Shown: one piece after another, positions 9,456 to 19,919 of the stretch
Layout of the letters: each line of letters opens with the position of its first letter
How positions within the stretch are numbered: position 1 is the first letter of the stretch
From: an uncultured Bacilli bacterium
GTDB taxonomy: Bacteria; Bacillota_I; Bacilli_A; RF39; UBA660
Length of the DNA: 64,000 bases
Direction: 5' to 3'
Assembly: GCA_947629445.1 (NCBI GenBank)
Contig: CANRDU010000004.1
Span: 8,562-72,561 of the forward strand
The notes under the pieces: generated by a model
The model's database searches: none
Told to the model about the DNA's origin: nothing
Seen by the model: only the letters and a program-made list of their open reading frames with translations
Made by a program: the position numbers and the translations under genes

Positions 9456-9832
9456 TTATAAGTCTATATTCCACAAGCCAAGCTGTCCTTTAACTTCTTT
9501 ATCATTATTTATTTTTTTAGAATTAGTTAATTTCCAAGCATAACCAGTTCTATATTTAGAACCATATGCTATATTTTTTTCTGCAATTATTTTTTTGTTT
9601 AACTCATCATTTAATTCTAAACAATCTTCTATTTCTACTTCAGCTAGTATTTTTTTGATGGAAATTCTAAATTCAAATCCCTAAATTTTTCTAATTCTTT
9701 TTTATCAATTCCAGTTCCAGCATGAATTAGTATTTTGCCTCTATAATTGGTTTTCCAAGATCTAAATTCATATTTTTTTATACCTTCTGCAACAAGTGTA
9801 GCCCATGGTTGCTTTAAAGTTAATACTTTCAT
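9456..9832 (-). pseudogene. ASCH-domain gene interrupted by a frameshift at an A7 run
   Basis: The N-terminal 62 aa (MKVLTLKQPWATLVAEGIKKYEFRSW...ILIHAG) are a typical ASCH start and stop at 9644. The next frame continues IKKILAEVEIEDC...GYAWKLTNSKKI...VKGQLGLWNIDL to a stop at 9456-9458. One extra A in the run at about 9650-9656 would restore a ~125-aa ORF. Confidence 0.7.
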
Positions 9833-9895
9833 TGAACCACCTCAAAAACATTTTATCACAAATTCTTATAAAGGTTATTATATTACCTTGAATTA

Positions 9896-9904
9896 TGATA
9901 TAAT
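9896..9904 (+). promoter_or_regulatory. Extended -10 promoter element (TGaTATAAT) for the R-M operon
   Basis: tgatataat lies 26 nt upstream of the methyltransferase ATG. The -35 is weak. Confidence 0.4.
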
Positions 9905-9929
9905 TTATATGAGAGGATGGTGTCATATC

Positions 9930-10892
9930 ATGGAATTAAAAAAAATGAAATTTATCGATTTATTTGCTGGTATAGGTGGATTTAGATATGCACTAGAGTC
10001 TTTTGGATGTAAATGTGTTTTTTCATCTGAATGGGATAAATATTGTCAAGAAAGTTATAATTTAAATTTTGGAGAAATTCCATATGGAGATATAACAAAA
10101 ATAGATGAAAAAGATATTCCAAGTTTTGATATACTTTGTGCTGGTTTTCCATGTCAACCATTTAGTATTTCTGGAAAGCAAAAAGGATTTGAAGATACAA
10201 GAGGAACATTATTCTTTGATATAGTACGAATTGTTAGTTATCATAAACCTAAAATCATTTTTCTAGAAAATGTTAAAAATTTAAAAGCTCATAATGGTGG
10301 AGCAACTTTTGAAGTTATTTCAAAGACACTTGATAGTTTAAATTATAATATTTATCATAAAGTTCTAAATGCTAAAGATTTTAATTTACCACAAAACAGA
10401 GAAAGAATTACTATTATTTGTATAAGAAAGGATATTGATAATGGCAAATTCAAATTTCCAAGCCCATATAAAACATTTGCTACTATTAGTGATATAAAAG
10501 AGGATGATTCAATTACAAATAAATATATCCTTAATAGAAAAGATATCCATATAGACGAAAAAAAATTAAATGAAGCAATAAAAAATGGTAAAGTTCAAAA
10601 GCCTCTACAAATTGGGGTTATAGGGCAAGGTGGTCAAGGAAATAGAATTTACCACGAAAATGGCATAGGAATAACCCTAGCAGCTTCAAGTGGCGGTGCT
10701 GCTTCAAAAACAGGGGCTTACTATATTAATGGTAAGGTAAGAAAATTAAGTCCTAGAGAAGCCGCAAGATTACAAGGATTTCCTGAAAAGTTTAAGATAA
10801 TAGAAAATGACAATCAATCATTAAAGCAATTTGGTAATAGTGTACCAATTAACTTATTAAAAGAAGTTTTTAAAGGATTAAAAGATGTTTAG
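9930..10892 (+). CDS. DNA (cytosine-5)-methyltransferase, M.HhaI-like
   Basis: Motifs FAGIGG (I), GFPCQPFS (IV), ENV (VI), QNRER (VIII), GNSV (X). The region QIGVIGQGGQGNRIYHENGIGITLAASSGGAASKTGAYYINGKVRKL closely parallels my recollection of the M.HhaI TRD. RBS gagagga precedes the ATG at 9930; the ORF-track start at 9747 is an artefactual extension. Confidence 0.9.
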   Translation: MELKKMKFIDLFAGIGGFRYALESFGCKCVFSSEWDKYCQESYNLNFGEIPYGDITKIDEKDIPSFDILCAGFPCQPFSISGKQKGFEDTRGTLFFDIVRIVSYHKPKIIFLENVKNLKAHNGGATFEVISKTLDSLNYNIYHKVLNAKDFNLPQNRERITIICIRKDIDNGKFKFPSPYKTFATISDIKEDDSITNKYILNRKDIHIDEKKLNEAIKNGKVQKPLQIGVIGQGGQGNRIYHENGIGITLAASSGGAASKTGAYYINGKVRKLSPREAARLQGFPEKFKIIENDNQSLKQFGNSVPINLLKEVFKGLKDV

Positions 10893-10902
10893 GAGGATTA
10901 GA

Positions 10903-11739
10903 ATGAAAAAATGGGAAGATTTTGAAAATGAAATGACTGGATATTTACAACAAATGTTAAAAGATTATGATGTTTTAGTAAAGCAATATGGAAATGCTGA
11001 TAGTACAGTTCCAGACATAGAAATAACAATTAATTCAAATAATAAAAAGTTTTATGTAGAAATTAAAATGCCTGCATCTCAAACTTCTCAATTTGTTGTT
11101 GAAATAAAAAATGGTAAATTCGTTTATGGTAATAAAAATAAATTTAAAGAAAATCAATATTCTAATGAAATCATAGATATACTAAATGATAATTATAATT
11201 TATATAGTAAAGTTGCACAAACAGGTATGATTGTTCCTGTTCCTGAAACAATAGCATTTAGTTGGATTGCCTCAAATATGAAAAATAAAAATGTTGAATT
11301 TATAATTTCAGTAGATAATGATGGAAATAAAAAGATTTTCTCACTAGATCAATTTAATAAATTCTTTAACATTAAAACAATTTTTAGAAGAAAGAAAAGT
11401 GGAAGTCAAGATTTGCCTAAAACATATTATGATGATTTTAAAAAACATTTAGATTTAAAATTTTCAAAATATAAATATTCATTAAGTACCAATGGGAAAA
11501 AATTATATTTAGATTTACCTTTAGATTTAACTAAAAGTGAATGTTATATTGATAGTAATGTACTGCCAGAGGGAAAACGATACTTTCTATCAAATAAAAG
11601 AAATGGAAAGTATGAAGTAAAAATAACCTCAGCAACAAATAATCCAAATATTATCTTTGAATTGTCTTTAAAGGATGATGCTGATTTTGATATGTTTACT
11701 ATTCAATGTTTGATTGAATACATAAATAATAATATGTAA
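10903..11739 (+). CDS. Type II restriction endonuclease (PD-(D/E)XK) cognate to the m5C methyltransferase
   Basis: Begins 11 nt after the MTase stop, behind RBS aggagg. Has a PD-x14-EIK motif (VPDIEITINSNNKKFYVEIKM). 278 aa. Confidence 0.6.
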   Translation: MKKWEDFENEMTGYLQQMLKDYDVLVKQYGNADSTVPDIEITINSNNKKFYVEIKMPASQTSQFVVEIKNGKFVYGNKNKFKENQYSNEIIDILNDNYNLYSKVAQTGMIVPVPETIAFSWIASNMKNKNVEFIISVDNDGNKKIFSLDQFNKFFNIKTIFRRKKSGSQDLPKTYYDDFKKHLDLKFSKYKYSLSTNGKKLYLDLPLDLTKSECYIDSNVLPEGKRYFLSNKRNGKYEVKITSATNNPNIIFELSLKDDADFDMFTIQCLIEYINNNM

Positions 11740-11768
11740 AAAAGTGACTATAATTCGTAGTCGCTTTT
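11738..11768. terminator. Bidirectional terminator between the convergent REase and relaxase genes
   Basis: agtgacta / tagtcgct stem (one G-T pair) flanked by an A-run and a T-run. It overlaps the relaxase stop codon. Confidence 0.55.
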
Positions 11769-13160
11769 ATTTGTCATATAAAATTCTTCAGCTGCTTCGT
11801 TCATTTCTCTATTAATAGATTTAAGTGCTTTATTTATTTCTGATTTATTAATTGTTCTAGGTGGATTAAATATAACTCTATGTTCTTTATCAGTTATTAA
11901 GTTTTTATTATTCATATCATTAGCAATTTCTCTAAAAAATCTAGAAGTAGTTGGATTTTTGCTATTAGCATTTTTACATAGATAAGTTATAAAATCTTTT
12001 CTTTCATCCATTCTTTTATTCATAACTGCATGAACGAAATCTCTATCTTCTCTTAATTCAGTATTTTCCATTTTAAGCTTCTGATTTTCTTTAATGAGTT
12101 TATTATTATCATTTTCAACTTTATTATTTCTATCTTTTTGATATTTTAAATTATCATTAATTGAAGATATATTATTAATTATATTTTTATAATTATCAAA
12201 ATCATCAATTATAGATTCAACATCTTTAATTAAAGTTTGTAATCTTTCTTTTTGCTTATTATTAAGCTTATAACCACCAAGTCTAGATTCTTCTAAACCA
12301 GATAATAAATCTTGCAACTCTTTTGAAGAGTTGTTTATCGATTTTATCTTATCATTATTTTTATCAATACTTCTTTTATTAATTTCTAGTTCTTTTTTTA
12401 ATTCTTGATAATTAACCATATCTTTAACATAAATATCTTTATTTCTTCCTTTTTCTTTAGTCTTCAGAGTAGCATTTTCTTTTTCAAAGTATTTATTAAA
12501 AGTATTAATACATTTTTCTCTCATTATATTTTGTATATGCTCAAGTCTTTCTTTAGTAAATACTGATGATTTATTTACTTGCTTGTATAAACCCGTTTTA
12601 CAACCATCCTTGACGGGAACACCAACTATATGCATATGTGGGGAAGTTTCGTCTAAGTGTACAACAGCATTTGTTATTTTAAACTCTGGAACAACTTTTT
12701 CTAAATCGTGCAAATGTTCCTCATAAACACTAACCATTTCTCTTTTAAACTCAAAATCTTTTGAATCCCAATATTCTTTATTCCCAAGTTCAATTATAAT
12801 CTCACAAGCAAGATCCCTTTTTTCATCTTTATTAACATATTCAAAATAATCATTAATTCTTCTACTAGGTCTAGATTGTTTATTATTATATTCAAGTCTT
12901 GCTTTTTCAAATTCAGTTTTATAAAATTCTTTAACATCATAAACAATATCATTAGTCCCTTTTAATTGATAAATATAATCATTATCATTTTCATATTTTC
13001 TAAAATCATGATTATTAACTTTTGACAATTGATGATAATTTTGTATTCCATTATTTGCAAGAGAAGAAGAACCACTTACATTATTTCTGGCATTTCCTCT
13101 TGCTGATGCTTTTCTATTTTTATTACTTCCCAGATGAAATGAATAAGTTAATTCAGTCAT
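11748..13160 (-). CDS. mob: MobV-family (Pre/Mob) relaxase
   Basis: HLDETSPHMHIVGVP matches the HxDE...PHxH metal-binding motif of MOBV relaxases. The C-terminal half is long and coiled-coil, as in Pre/MobM. Confidence 0.8.
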   Translation of the reverse strand: MTELTYSFHLGSNKNRKASARGNARNNVSGSSSLANNGIQNYHQLSKVNNHDFRKYENDNDYIYQLKGTNDIVYDVKEFYKTEFEKARLEYNNKQSRPSRRINDYFEYVNKDEKRDLACEIIIELGNKEYWDSKDFEFKREMVSVYEEHLHDLEKVVPEFKITNAVVHLDETSPHMHIVGVPVKDGCKTGLYKQVNKSSVFTKERLEHIQNIMREKCINTFNKYFEKENATLKTKEKGRNKDIYVKDMVNYQELKKELEINKRSIDKNNDKIKSINNSSKELQDLLSGLEESRLGGYKLNNKQKERLQTLIKDVESIIDDFDNYKNIINNISSINDNLKYQKDRNNKVENDNNKLIKENQKLKMENTELREDRDFVHAVMNKRMDERKDFITYLCKNANSKNPTTSRFFREIANDMNNKNLITDKEHRVIFNPPRTINKSEINKALKSINREMNEAAEEFYMTNKSDYEL

Positions 13161-13276
13161 ATAATTCCTCCTTTTTAGTGTGGGCTGATATATCCCATAT
13201 CATGGTTATCCAAGATATATAACCCCCTAGATATCTTGTACAGCCTTCAGCCATACAAGATTTCGTGGACTAAGGA
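13161..13276 (-). other. Candidate oriT / mob promoter region
   Basis: 116-bp gap between the relaxase start and the recombinase stop. It contains the inverted repeat caagatat(12 nt)atatcttg, the palindrome gatatatc, and TAGTGTG, reminiscent of the pMV158-type nick region (from memory). Confidence 0.35.
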
Positions 13277-15112
<1,836 letters not shown>

Positions 15113-15130
15113 TTAAACCTCCTTATTACT

Positions 15131-15182
15131 AAAAAAGAGGAGACAATAGTATCTAGTAAGGTCTAAATACTACTGACTCCTC
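15131..15182 (-). terminator. Strong terminator-like hairpin immediately upstream of the recombinase gene
   Basis: On the minus strand: gaggagtcagtagtat(14 nt)atactattgtctcctc, 16 bp with one mismatch, followed by T6. It ends 19 nt before the recombinase ATG region. Confidence 0.5.
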
Positions 15183-15323
15183 ATTAAGTTCAATATTATA
15201 AAATTTTATATGTTTGTATTTATAATTCATAGATGTACCTCCATTTCTAGAGTTACCTCTTTCATTGGTTATTTATAATATCACTTTTTAAATATTTGTC
15301 AATTCCTTATTGAGGGAATACTA

Positions 15324-15605
15324 TTAAGAGCATTTAGCTAGTTTAAAGTATTTTTCAAGTTCAGATAAATTATGTTTATCATTTAGAGTATTAACATAGA
15401 AAGTATCAATTCCATTAAAGAACAAGAATGTATAATTATTAATAATTACTTTATGTGGATCTACATAAGCAAGATTAGATGGTTCTAATCTAATTAAATG
15501 ACCTTTTTCTAATCTTATAGATGTAGAAGTATAATTCTTAGCCCAATCAATCTTTTTCTTTAAATCAGGGCTTAAATCAAGTTTTTCTTTAATAATATTT
15601 AACAT
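15324..15605 (-). CDS. Hypothetical small protein (93 aa from the ATG at 15605)
   Basis: The ORF is open to 15629, but that GTG abuts the tRNA terminator T-run. The internal ATG (MLNIIKEKL) is more plausible. Confidence 0.4.
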   Translation of the reverse strand: MLNIIKEKLDLSPDLKKKIDWAKNYTSTSIRLEKGHLIRLEPSNLAYVDPHKVIINNYTFLFFNGIDTFYVNTLNDKHNLSELEKYFKLAKCS

Positions 15606-15629
15606 ATCATCACAACCTTTCTTAGACAC

Positions 15630-15656
15630 AAAAAAACTTAATTATTTCTAATTAAG
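15630..15656 (-). terminator. Terminator of tRNA-Gly
   Basis: cttaatta / taattaag stem followed by T7 on the minus strand, 40 nt downstream of the tRNA 3' end. Confidence 0.6.
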
Positions 15657-15695
15657 CTTTATCTCAACATCGGTTGTTCCGACGATTTTTACAAA

Positions 15696-15769
15696 TGGAG
15701 CGGGTGATGGGAATCGGACCCACGTTATCAGCTTGGAAGGCTGGAGTTCTACCATTGAACTACACCCGC
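15696..15769 (-). tRNA. tRNA-Gly (anticodon UCC), CCA encoded
   Basis: The reverse complement GCGGGTGTAGTTCAATGGTAGAACTCCAGCCTTCCAAGCTGATAACGTGGGTCCGATTCCCATCACCCGCTCCA folds as a cloverleaf with anticodon loop CTTCCAA. It is very similar to Bacillus tRNA-Gly(UCC). Confidence 0.9.
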
Positions 15770-15782
15770 ATCAACAACTATA

Positions 15783-15811
15783 ATTATACTTAGAACTCTA
15801 GCCTTTGTCAA
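15783..15811 (-). promoter_or_regulatory. Consensus sigma-A promoter for tRNA-Gly
   Basis: Minus strand TTGACA, 17 nt spacer, TATAAT, ending about 13 nt upstream of the mature tRNA 5' end. Confidence 0.75.
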
Positions 15812-15937
15812 GACTAAATTTTAAATTTAAAGAAACTTATATTTGCTATTTTTCTTCTTCTAATAAAATGAGAAAATCAGTTCTAAACTTTTATTCCATT
15901 CATATAGTTTATTGTAGAAAGGAATGAAATATCATTT

Positions 15938-16198
15938 ATGGAAACATTAAAAGTAGGAACAAAATCCAATCCTAATTCTGTAGCAGGAGCATTGGCGAAT
16001 GTATTTAGAGAAAAAGGAGAAGTGGAAATTCAAGCTATTGGAGCAGGCGCACTTAATCAAGCTATTAAAGCTATTGCGATTGCAAGAGGATTTGTCGCAC
16101 CATCCGGTAAGAATTTGGTATGTATTCCAGCTTTCACCGATATCGTAATTGATGGGGAAGAGAGGACAGCCATTAAACTAATTGTAGAAGCAAAATAG
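15938..16198 (+). CDS. spoVS: Stage V sporulation protein S
   Basis: 86 aa, near-colinear with Bacillus SpoVS (KVGTKSNPNSVAGALA...IQAIGAGALNQAIKAIAIARGFVAPSG...AFTD..IDGEERTAIKLIVE). Confidence 0.9.
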   Translation: METLKVGTKSNPNSVAGALANVFREKGEVEIQAIGAGALNQAIKAIAIARGFVAPSGKNLVCIPAFTDIVIDGEERTAIKLIVEAK

Positions 16199-16349
16199 CT
16201 TCTTTTTTTGTGAATTTGACGAGCGTTCAAGAAACTGCTAAAATGTTTCCAAGTAGGGAATTTGTAAAAATCACAAATTTTCTGACTACAAAAGCCAATT
16301 GACAACAAATTAGGAACGTGCTAGTATAATGGCACTAGAGGGATAACAA

Positions 16350-17474
16350 GTGGAAAAAAATTTGAAAGAGTTTAAATTTTTGCTAGAAACTAGATTAAAA
16401 GAGACAAATCGTGTTTTTATAGTGCCTCATTGCACTTTGGATTTTGATGCAATAGGGTCTGCTAGTGGTATGGCAGAAATTTGTTCTCATTTAGGCAAAC
16501 AAGCTATTATTGTAAGTGATGATGAATTAACTCAAATGAACGTAGGAATTCGTAGTATTTATGAAATAGCACTAGGAAAATATACGTTTTTGACATCAGA
16601 GCAATTTCAAAGTTGTACGTTTTCAGACGATTTACTTTTGTTCGTAGATGTAGGAAAAATGAATTTAATACCGTCTGCTGTTGCTAACCGCTTAAGTCAG
16701 TTTTCTCACGTGATGTTGCTTGATCATCATAAAGAGGATGAAAATTCCATACCAACTTTTGAAAAATATGTGAATACAGATATTTCTAGTGCTTGTGAAG
16801 TAGTTACAAGGCTTTGTCGGATGTTTTCAACCAGCATTGATAAATGGTTAGCGAAAGCACTGTTAGCAGGAATTTTTGTAGATACTAATAAGTTGAAAAA
16901 AAATACGAATGATAGTACGTTAGGTATTGCTGCCCATTTGATTCGAAGAGGGGCAACCATTCAGGCTGTTAATGATTTGTTTGTAGAAGATTTTGAAAAT
17001 GATCGAAAGATTCATCACCTTATTGATGGAACAGAATTTATTACGCATAGTATTCATAGTGTTGCTTTGATTTATAATCATGAGCATCCAGAGACAATAT
17101 ATACTCAAGCGGAATTAGCACAAGCTGCTGATTACTTATTACCATACAAGGTAGATGCTTCTTTTGCCATTGGGCGTATTTCTGATACGGATATCGGAAT
17201 TAGCGCTAGAACTTCTGGAGGTATGGATATTGTAGAAATTATGCATATTTTTCAAGGAGGGGGAAATGGTTATTCTGCAGCTGCACGTATTTTAAATGTA
17301 ACAGATTTAACTTTTATTATGCAGCAGTTGTTGCGGTTAATCAAATGCGAAGATTTCTATACGGTTAAGGGTGAAGTACTTACCGAAGAAGTACGGAATC
17401 AGGTGGATGCAGAATCGCTTTGTCTAGCTACTACGGAAGAATCATCTCATCAAAAAGTATATGTAGCATGTTAA
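16350..17474 (+). CDS. DHH/DHHA1-family phosphoesterase (NrnA-like)
   Basis: DFDAIGS, LLDHH and a GGGNGYSAAA (GGGH-like) motif. GTG start after agaggga. Confidence 0.7.
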   Translation: MEKNLKEFKFLLETRLKETNRVFIVPHCTLDFDAIGSASGMAEICSHLGKQAIIVSDDELTQMNVGIRSIYEIALGKYTFLTSEQFQSCTFSDDLLLFVDVGKMNLIPSAVANRLSQFSHVMLLDHHKEDENSIPTFEKYVNTDISSACEVVTRLCRMFSTSIDKWLAKALLAGIFVDTNKLKKNTNDSTLGIAAHLIRRGATIQAVNDLFVEDFENDRKIHHLIDGTEFITHSIHSVALIYNHEHPETIYTQAELAQAADYLLPYKVDASFAIGRISDTDIGISARTSGGMDIVEIMHIFQGGGNGYSAAARILNVTDLTFIMQQLLRLIKCEDFYTVKGEVLTEEVRNQVDAESLCLATTEESSHQKVYVAC

Positions 17475-17932
17475 AAGAAAGGAAAGATAGTGTGGATAAA
17501 GAATTTAGAAGAGGAATTATTTTGGAACATTATCAAAATCCTAGAAATAAGGGATTGGTAGAGGATTCTAGTTATTACTATGCTGATATGAATAATGAAT
17601 CTTGTATTGATGAAGTAGAAGTGCAAGTAAAAATAGAGGATGGTATTTTAAAAGATATCCATTTTGATGGGGAGGCTTGTGCTATTTGTACAAGTTCTTC
17701 CTCTATTATGGTAGAAACACTTATGGGAAAAACAGTAGAAGAGGCTATCAATATTTTAAAAAATTATGCTAATATGATTGATGAAAAAGAATATGATGCA
17801 AGTGTCTTGGAGCAAGCTATTGTATATGATGATATTTATAAACAACCAAATAGAAAAAAATGTGCTCTTTTACCTTGGTGGGGCATTGAAAAAATTTTAG
17901 GAGAATTGGAAAAAAATGACACCCATCATTAA
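17468..17932 (+). CDS. sufU: SufU/IscU-type Fe-S cluster assembly scaffold
   Basis: ILEHYQNPRNKG, NESCIDEVEV and FDGEACAICTSS motifs. Start is either the ATG at 17468 or the GTG at 17492. Confidence 0.85.
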   Translation: MLKERKDSVDKEFRRGIILEHYQNPRNKGLVEDSSYYYADMNNESCIDEVEVQVKIEDGILKDIHFDGEACAICTSSSSIMVETLMGKTVEEAINILKNYANMIDEKEYDASVLEQAIVYDDIYKQPNRKKCALLPWWGIEKILGELEKNDTHH

Positions 17933-18359
17933 TTTATTAGTAGCACGTATTGTACAGTTTTCGGAAACGCATTATGATGCAGATGGCATTTATTTAGATT
18001 TTTTAGTTGACGAGTTACGCCCCGTTATTGCAGTAGATGGGTTTGTAGTAGATGTTTTAAATCATCAGGTGTTTGAGATTGTTCCTATGATAGAAGGAGT
18101 GATTCCTATCGACTTTTTATCTACACTTCGTAGGGATTCTCTTTATGCGTATGAATGCTATGATGCTATTTTTGAACCAACATATTTCTCTTATTTTGTT
18201 GAGAAGGCATTGGAAACTTATAAATGGTATTTTCGAGAATATAAAAAAGAGGATACGAATGTCTCTTCAAGAAAATCTAAAATTATTCCCTTTGAAGAAG
18301 CGAAACAAAAAATAATCGAAAAAAGAAAAAAACAAAGTTTTGATGAAAGAAAATCATAA
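17916..18359 (+). CDS. Hypothetical protein (147 aa) between sufU and sufB
   Basis: Overlaps the sufU end by 17 nt. Has a basic C-terminal tail. No motif recognised. Confidence 0.5.
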   Translation: MTPIINLLVARIVQFSETHYDADGIYLDFLVDELRPVIAVDGFVVDVLNHQVFEIVPMIEGVIPIDFLSTLRRDSLYAYECYDAIFEPTYFSYFVEKALETYKWYFREYKKEDTNVSSRKSKIIPFEEAKQKIIEKRKKQSFDERKS

Positions 18360-18420
18360 ATTGTACTGATTTTCTTTTTCTTTTTCTCTTTTTTTAGTAT
18401 AATGGTTAATAGGTGATGTT

Positions 18421-19734
18421 ATGGAAATTCGAGGACTTGATGAAGAAAAAGTAAGAGAAATATCACGTTTGAAAAATGAACCTGATTGGATGTGTGATTT
18501 TCGCTTGAAAGCTTACCAAAAGTTTACCGAATCTTCGCAACCAACTTTTGGACCTGAATTAAAAATTGATTTCGATAATATTACGTATTACAAGACTAGA
18601 GCCACTAAAAAAGTAGAGAAAAGTTGGGATGATGTTCCCAAAAATGTACGGGATACTTTTAACAAATTAGGAATTCCAGAAGCAGAAAAGAAATATCTTG
18701 CTGGAATAGGGGCTCAATATGAAAGTGAAGTTGTCTATCATAATATGATAGAGGAATTGGAAAAGAAAAATATCCTTTTTTGTGATACGGATACAGCCCT
18801 AAAGAAATATCCAGAATTGTTTTCTAAATATTTTAATCATTTAGTAAATGTTAACGAGAATAAGTATACCGCTTTAAATGGAGCAGTATGGAGTGGTGGA
18901 ACTTTTATCTATGTACCACCTTATACCAAAATTGATCGACCTTTGCAAAGTTATTTTCGTTTAAATAGTGCTAATATGGGGCAGTTTGAACGGACACTCA
19001 TTATTGTGGATGAAGGTGCTGAACTGCACTATATGGAAGGCTGTACAGCTCCAACTTATTCTGAAGATTCCTTACATGCTGCTGTTGTGGAAATATTTGT
19101 CGGAAAAAACGCAAAATGTCGATATACTACTATTCAAAATTGGTCTAGTGATGTCTACAATTTAGTCACGAAAAGGGCTAAAGTAGAAGAAAATGGATTG
19201 ATGGAATGGATTGATGGAAATATTGGTTCTAAAACAAATATGAAATATCCAGGATGTCTATTAGCAGGACCATATGCCCAAGGAAGATGCATCTCCATTG
19301 CTGTTGCTAGTAATGGTCAAATTCAAGATTCTGGAAGTCGTATGATTCATTTAGCGCCATATACGAAAAGTGATATTATTAGTAAGTCCATTGCAGCTAA
19401 TGGTGGGGAAGCAAATTATCGAGGTACGGTAAGAATCACGAAAGAAGCGCATCATTCACAAGCTATGGTTAAGTGCGATACTATTATTTTGGATGAAGAG
19501 TCTAAAAGTGATACGATTCCTAAGAATATCGTCGAAAATGTCTCTTCTACTTTAAATCATGAGGCAACGGTTGCGAAAATTAGCAAAGATAAACTTTTTT
19601 ATTTAATGAGTAGAGGGATTAGTGAAGAGCGAGCTAAAGAACTCATTATTATGGGATTTATTGATCGTTTCCGTGAAGAATTACCAATGGAATATGCAGT
19701 AGAATTGAATGCCCTTTTAAAAAATTATTTTTAA
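18421..19734 (+). CDS. sufB: Fe-S cluster assembly protein SufB
   Basis: 437 aa with [23 protein letters not shown] and other SufB-typical blocks. Confidence 0.9.
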   Translation: MEIRGLDEEKVREISRLKNEPDWMCDFRLKAYQKFTESSQPTFGPELKIDFDNITYYKTRATKKVEKSWDDVPKNVRDTFNKLGIPEAEKKYLAGIGAQYESEVVYHNMIEELEKKNILFCDTDTALKKYPELFSKYFNHLVNVNENKYTALNGAVWSGGTFIYVPPYTKIDRPLQSYFRLNSANMGQFERTLIIVDEGAELHYMEGCTAPTYSEDSLHAAVVEIFVGKNAKCRYTTIQNWSSDVYNLVTKRAKVEENGLMEWIDGNIGSKTNMKYPGCLLAGPYAQGRCISIAVASNGQIQDSGSRMIHLAPYTKSDIISKSIAANGGEANYRGTVRITKEAHHSQAMVKCDTIILDEESKSDTIPKNIVENVSSTLNHEATVAKISKDKLFYLMSRGISEERAKELIIMGFIDRFREELPMEYAVELNALLKNYF

Positions 19735-19919
19735 ACATCGAAAGATGTTTTTTTTGTTTTATACAAAAGTTATAAGACGAAAAGTCTTTCTTGATAAAAT
19801 TTAAAATATTGCTATCAAGAAATCAAAAATCAACTGTTATCATGGTTTATTTTATTAATAATAGACTTTTTGATTTTCACAATAAGTGTTGTATGATGCA
19901 AGAGAAAGGAGGAAAAATT

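Noticed and set aside
9747-9929. The ORF track extends the methyltransferase ORF 61 codons upstream, overlapping the ASCH gene on the opposite strand.
   Set aside because: No RBS at 9747. The m5C motif I begins right after the ATG at 9930, which has a good RBS and an extended -10 element. The extension is just an open frame in AT-rich DNA.
15137-15182. 46-bp imperfect inverted repeat next to the serine recombinase gene, considered as an att site.
   Set aside because: In an integrated element attP is split between the two ends, so an intact symmetric site is not expected. The T6 tract after the stem fits a terminator better. This remains untested.
16057-16308. 83-aa minus-strand ORF overlapping spoVS.
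   Set aside because: It is antisense to the highly conserved spoVS and has no RBS.
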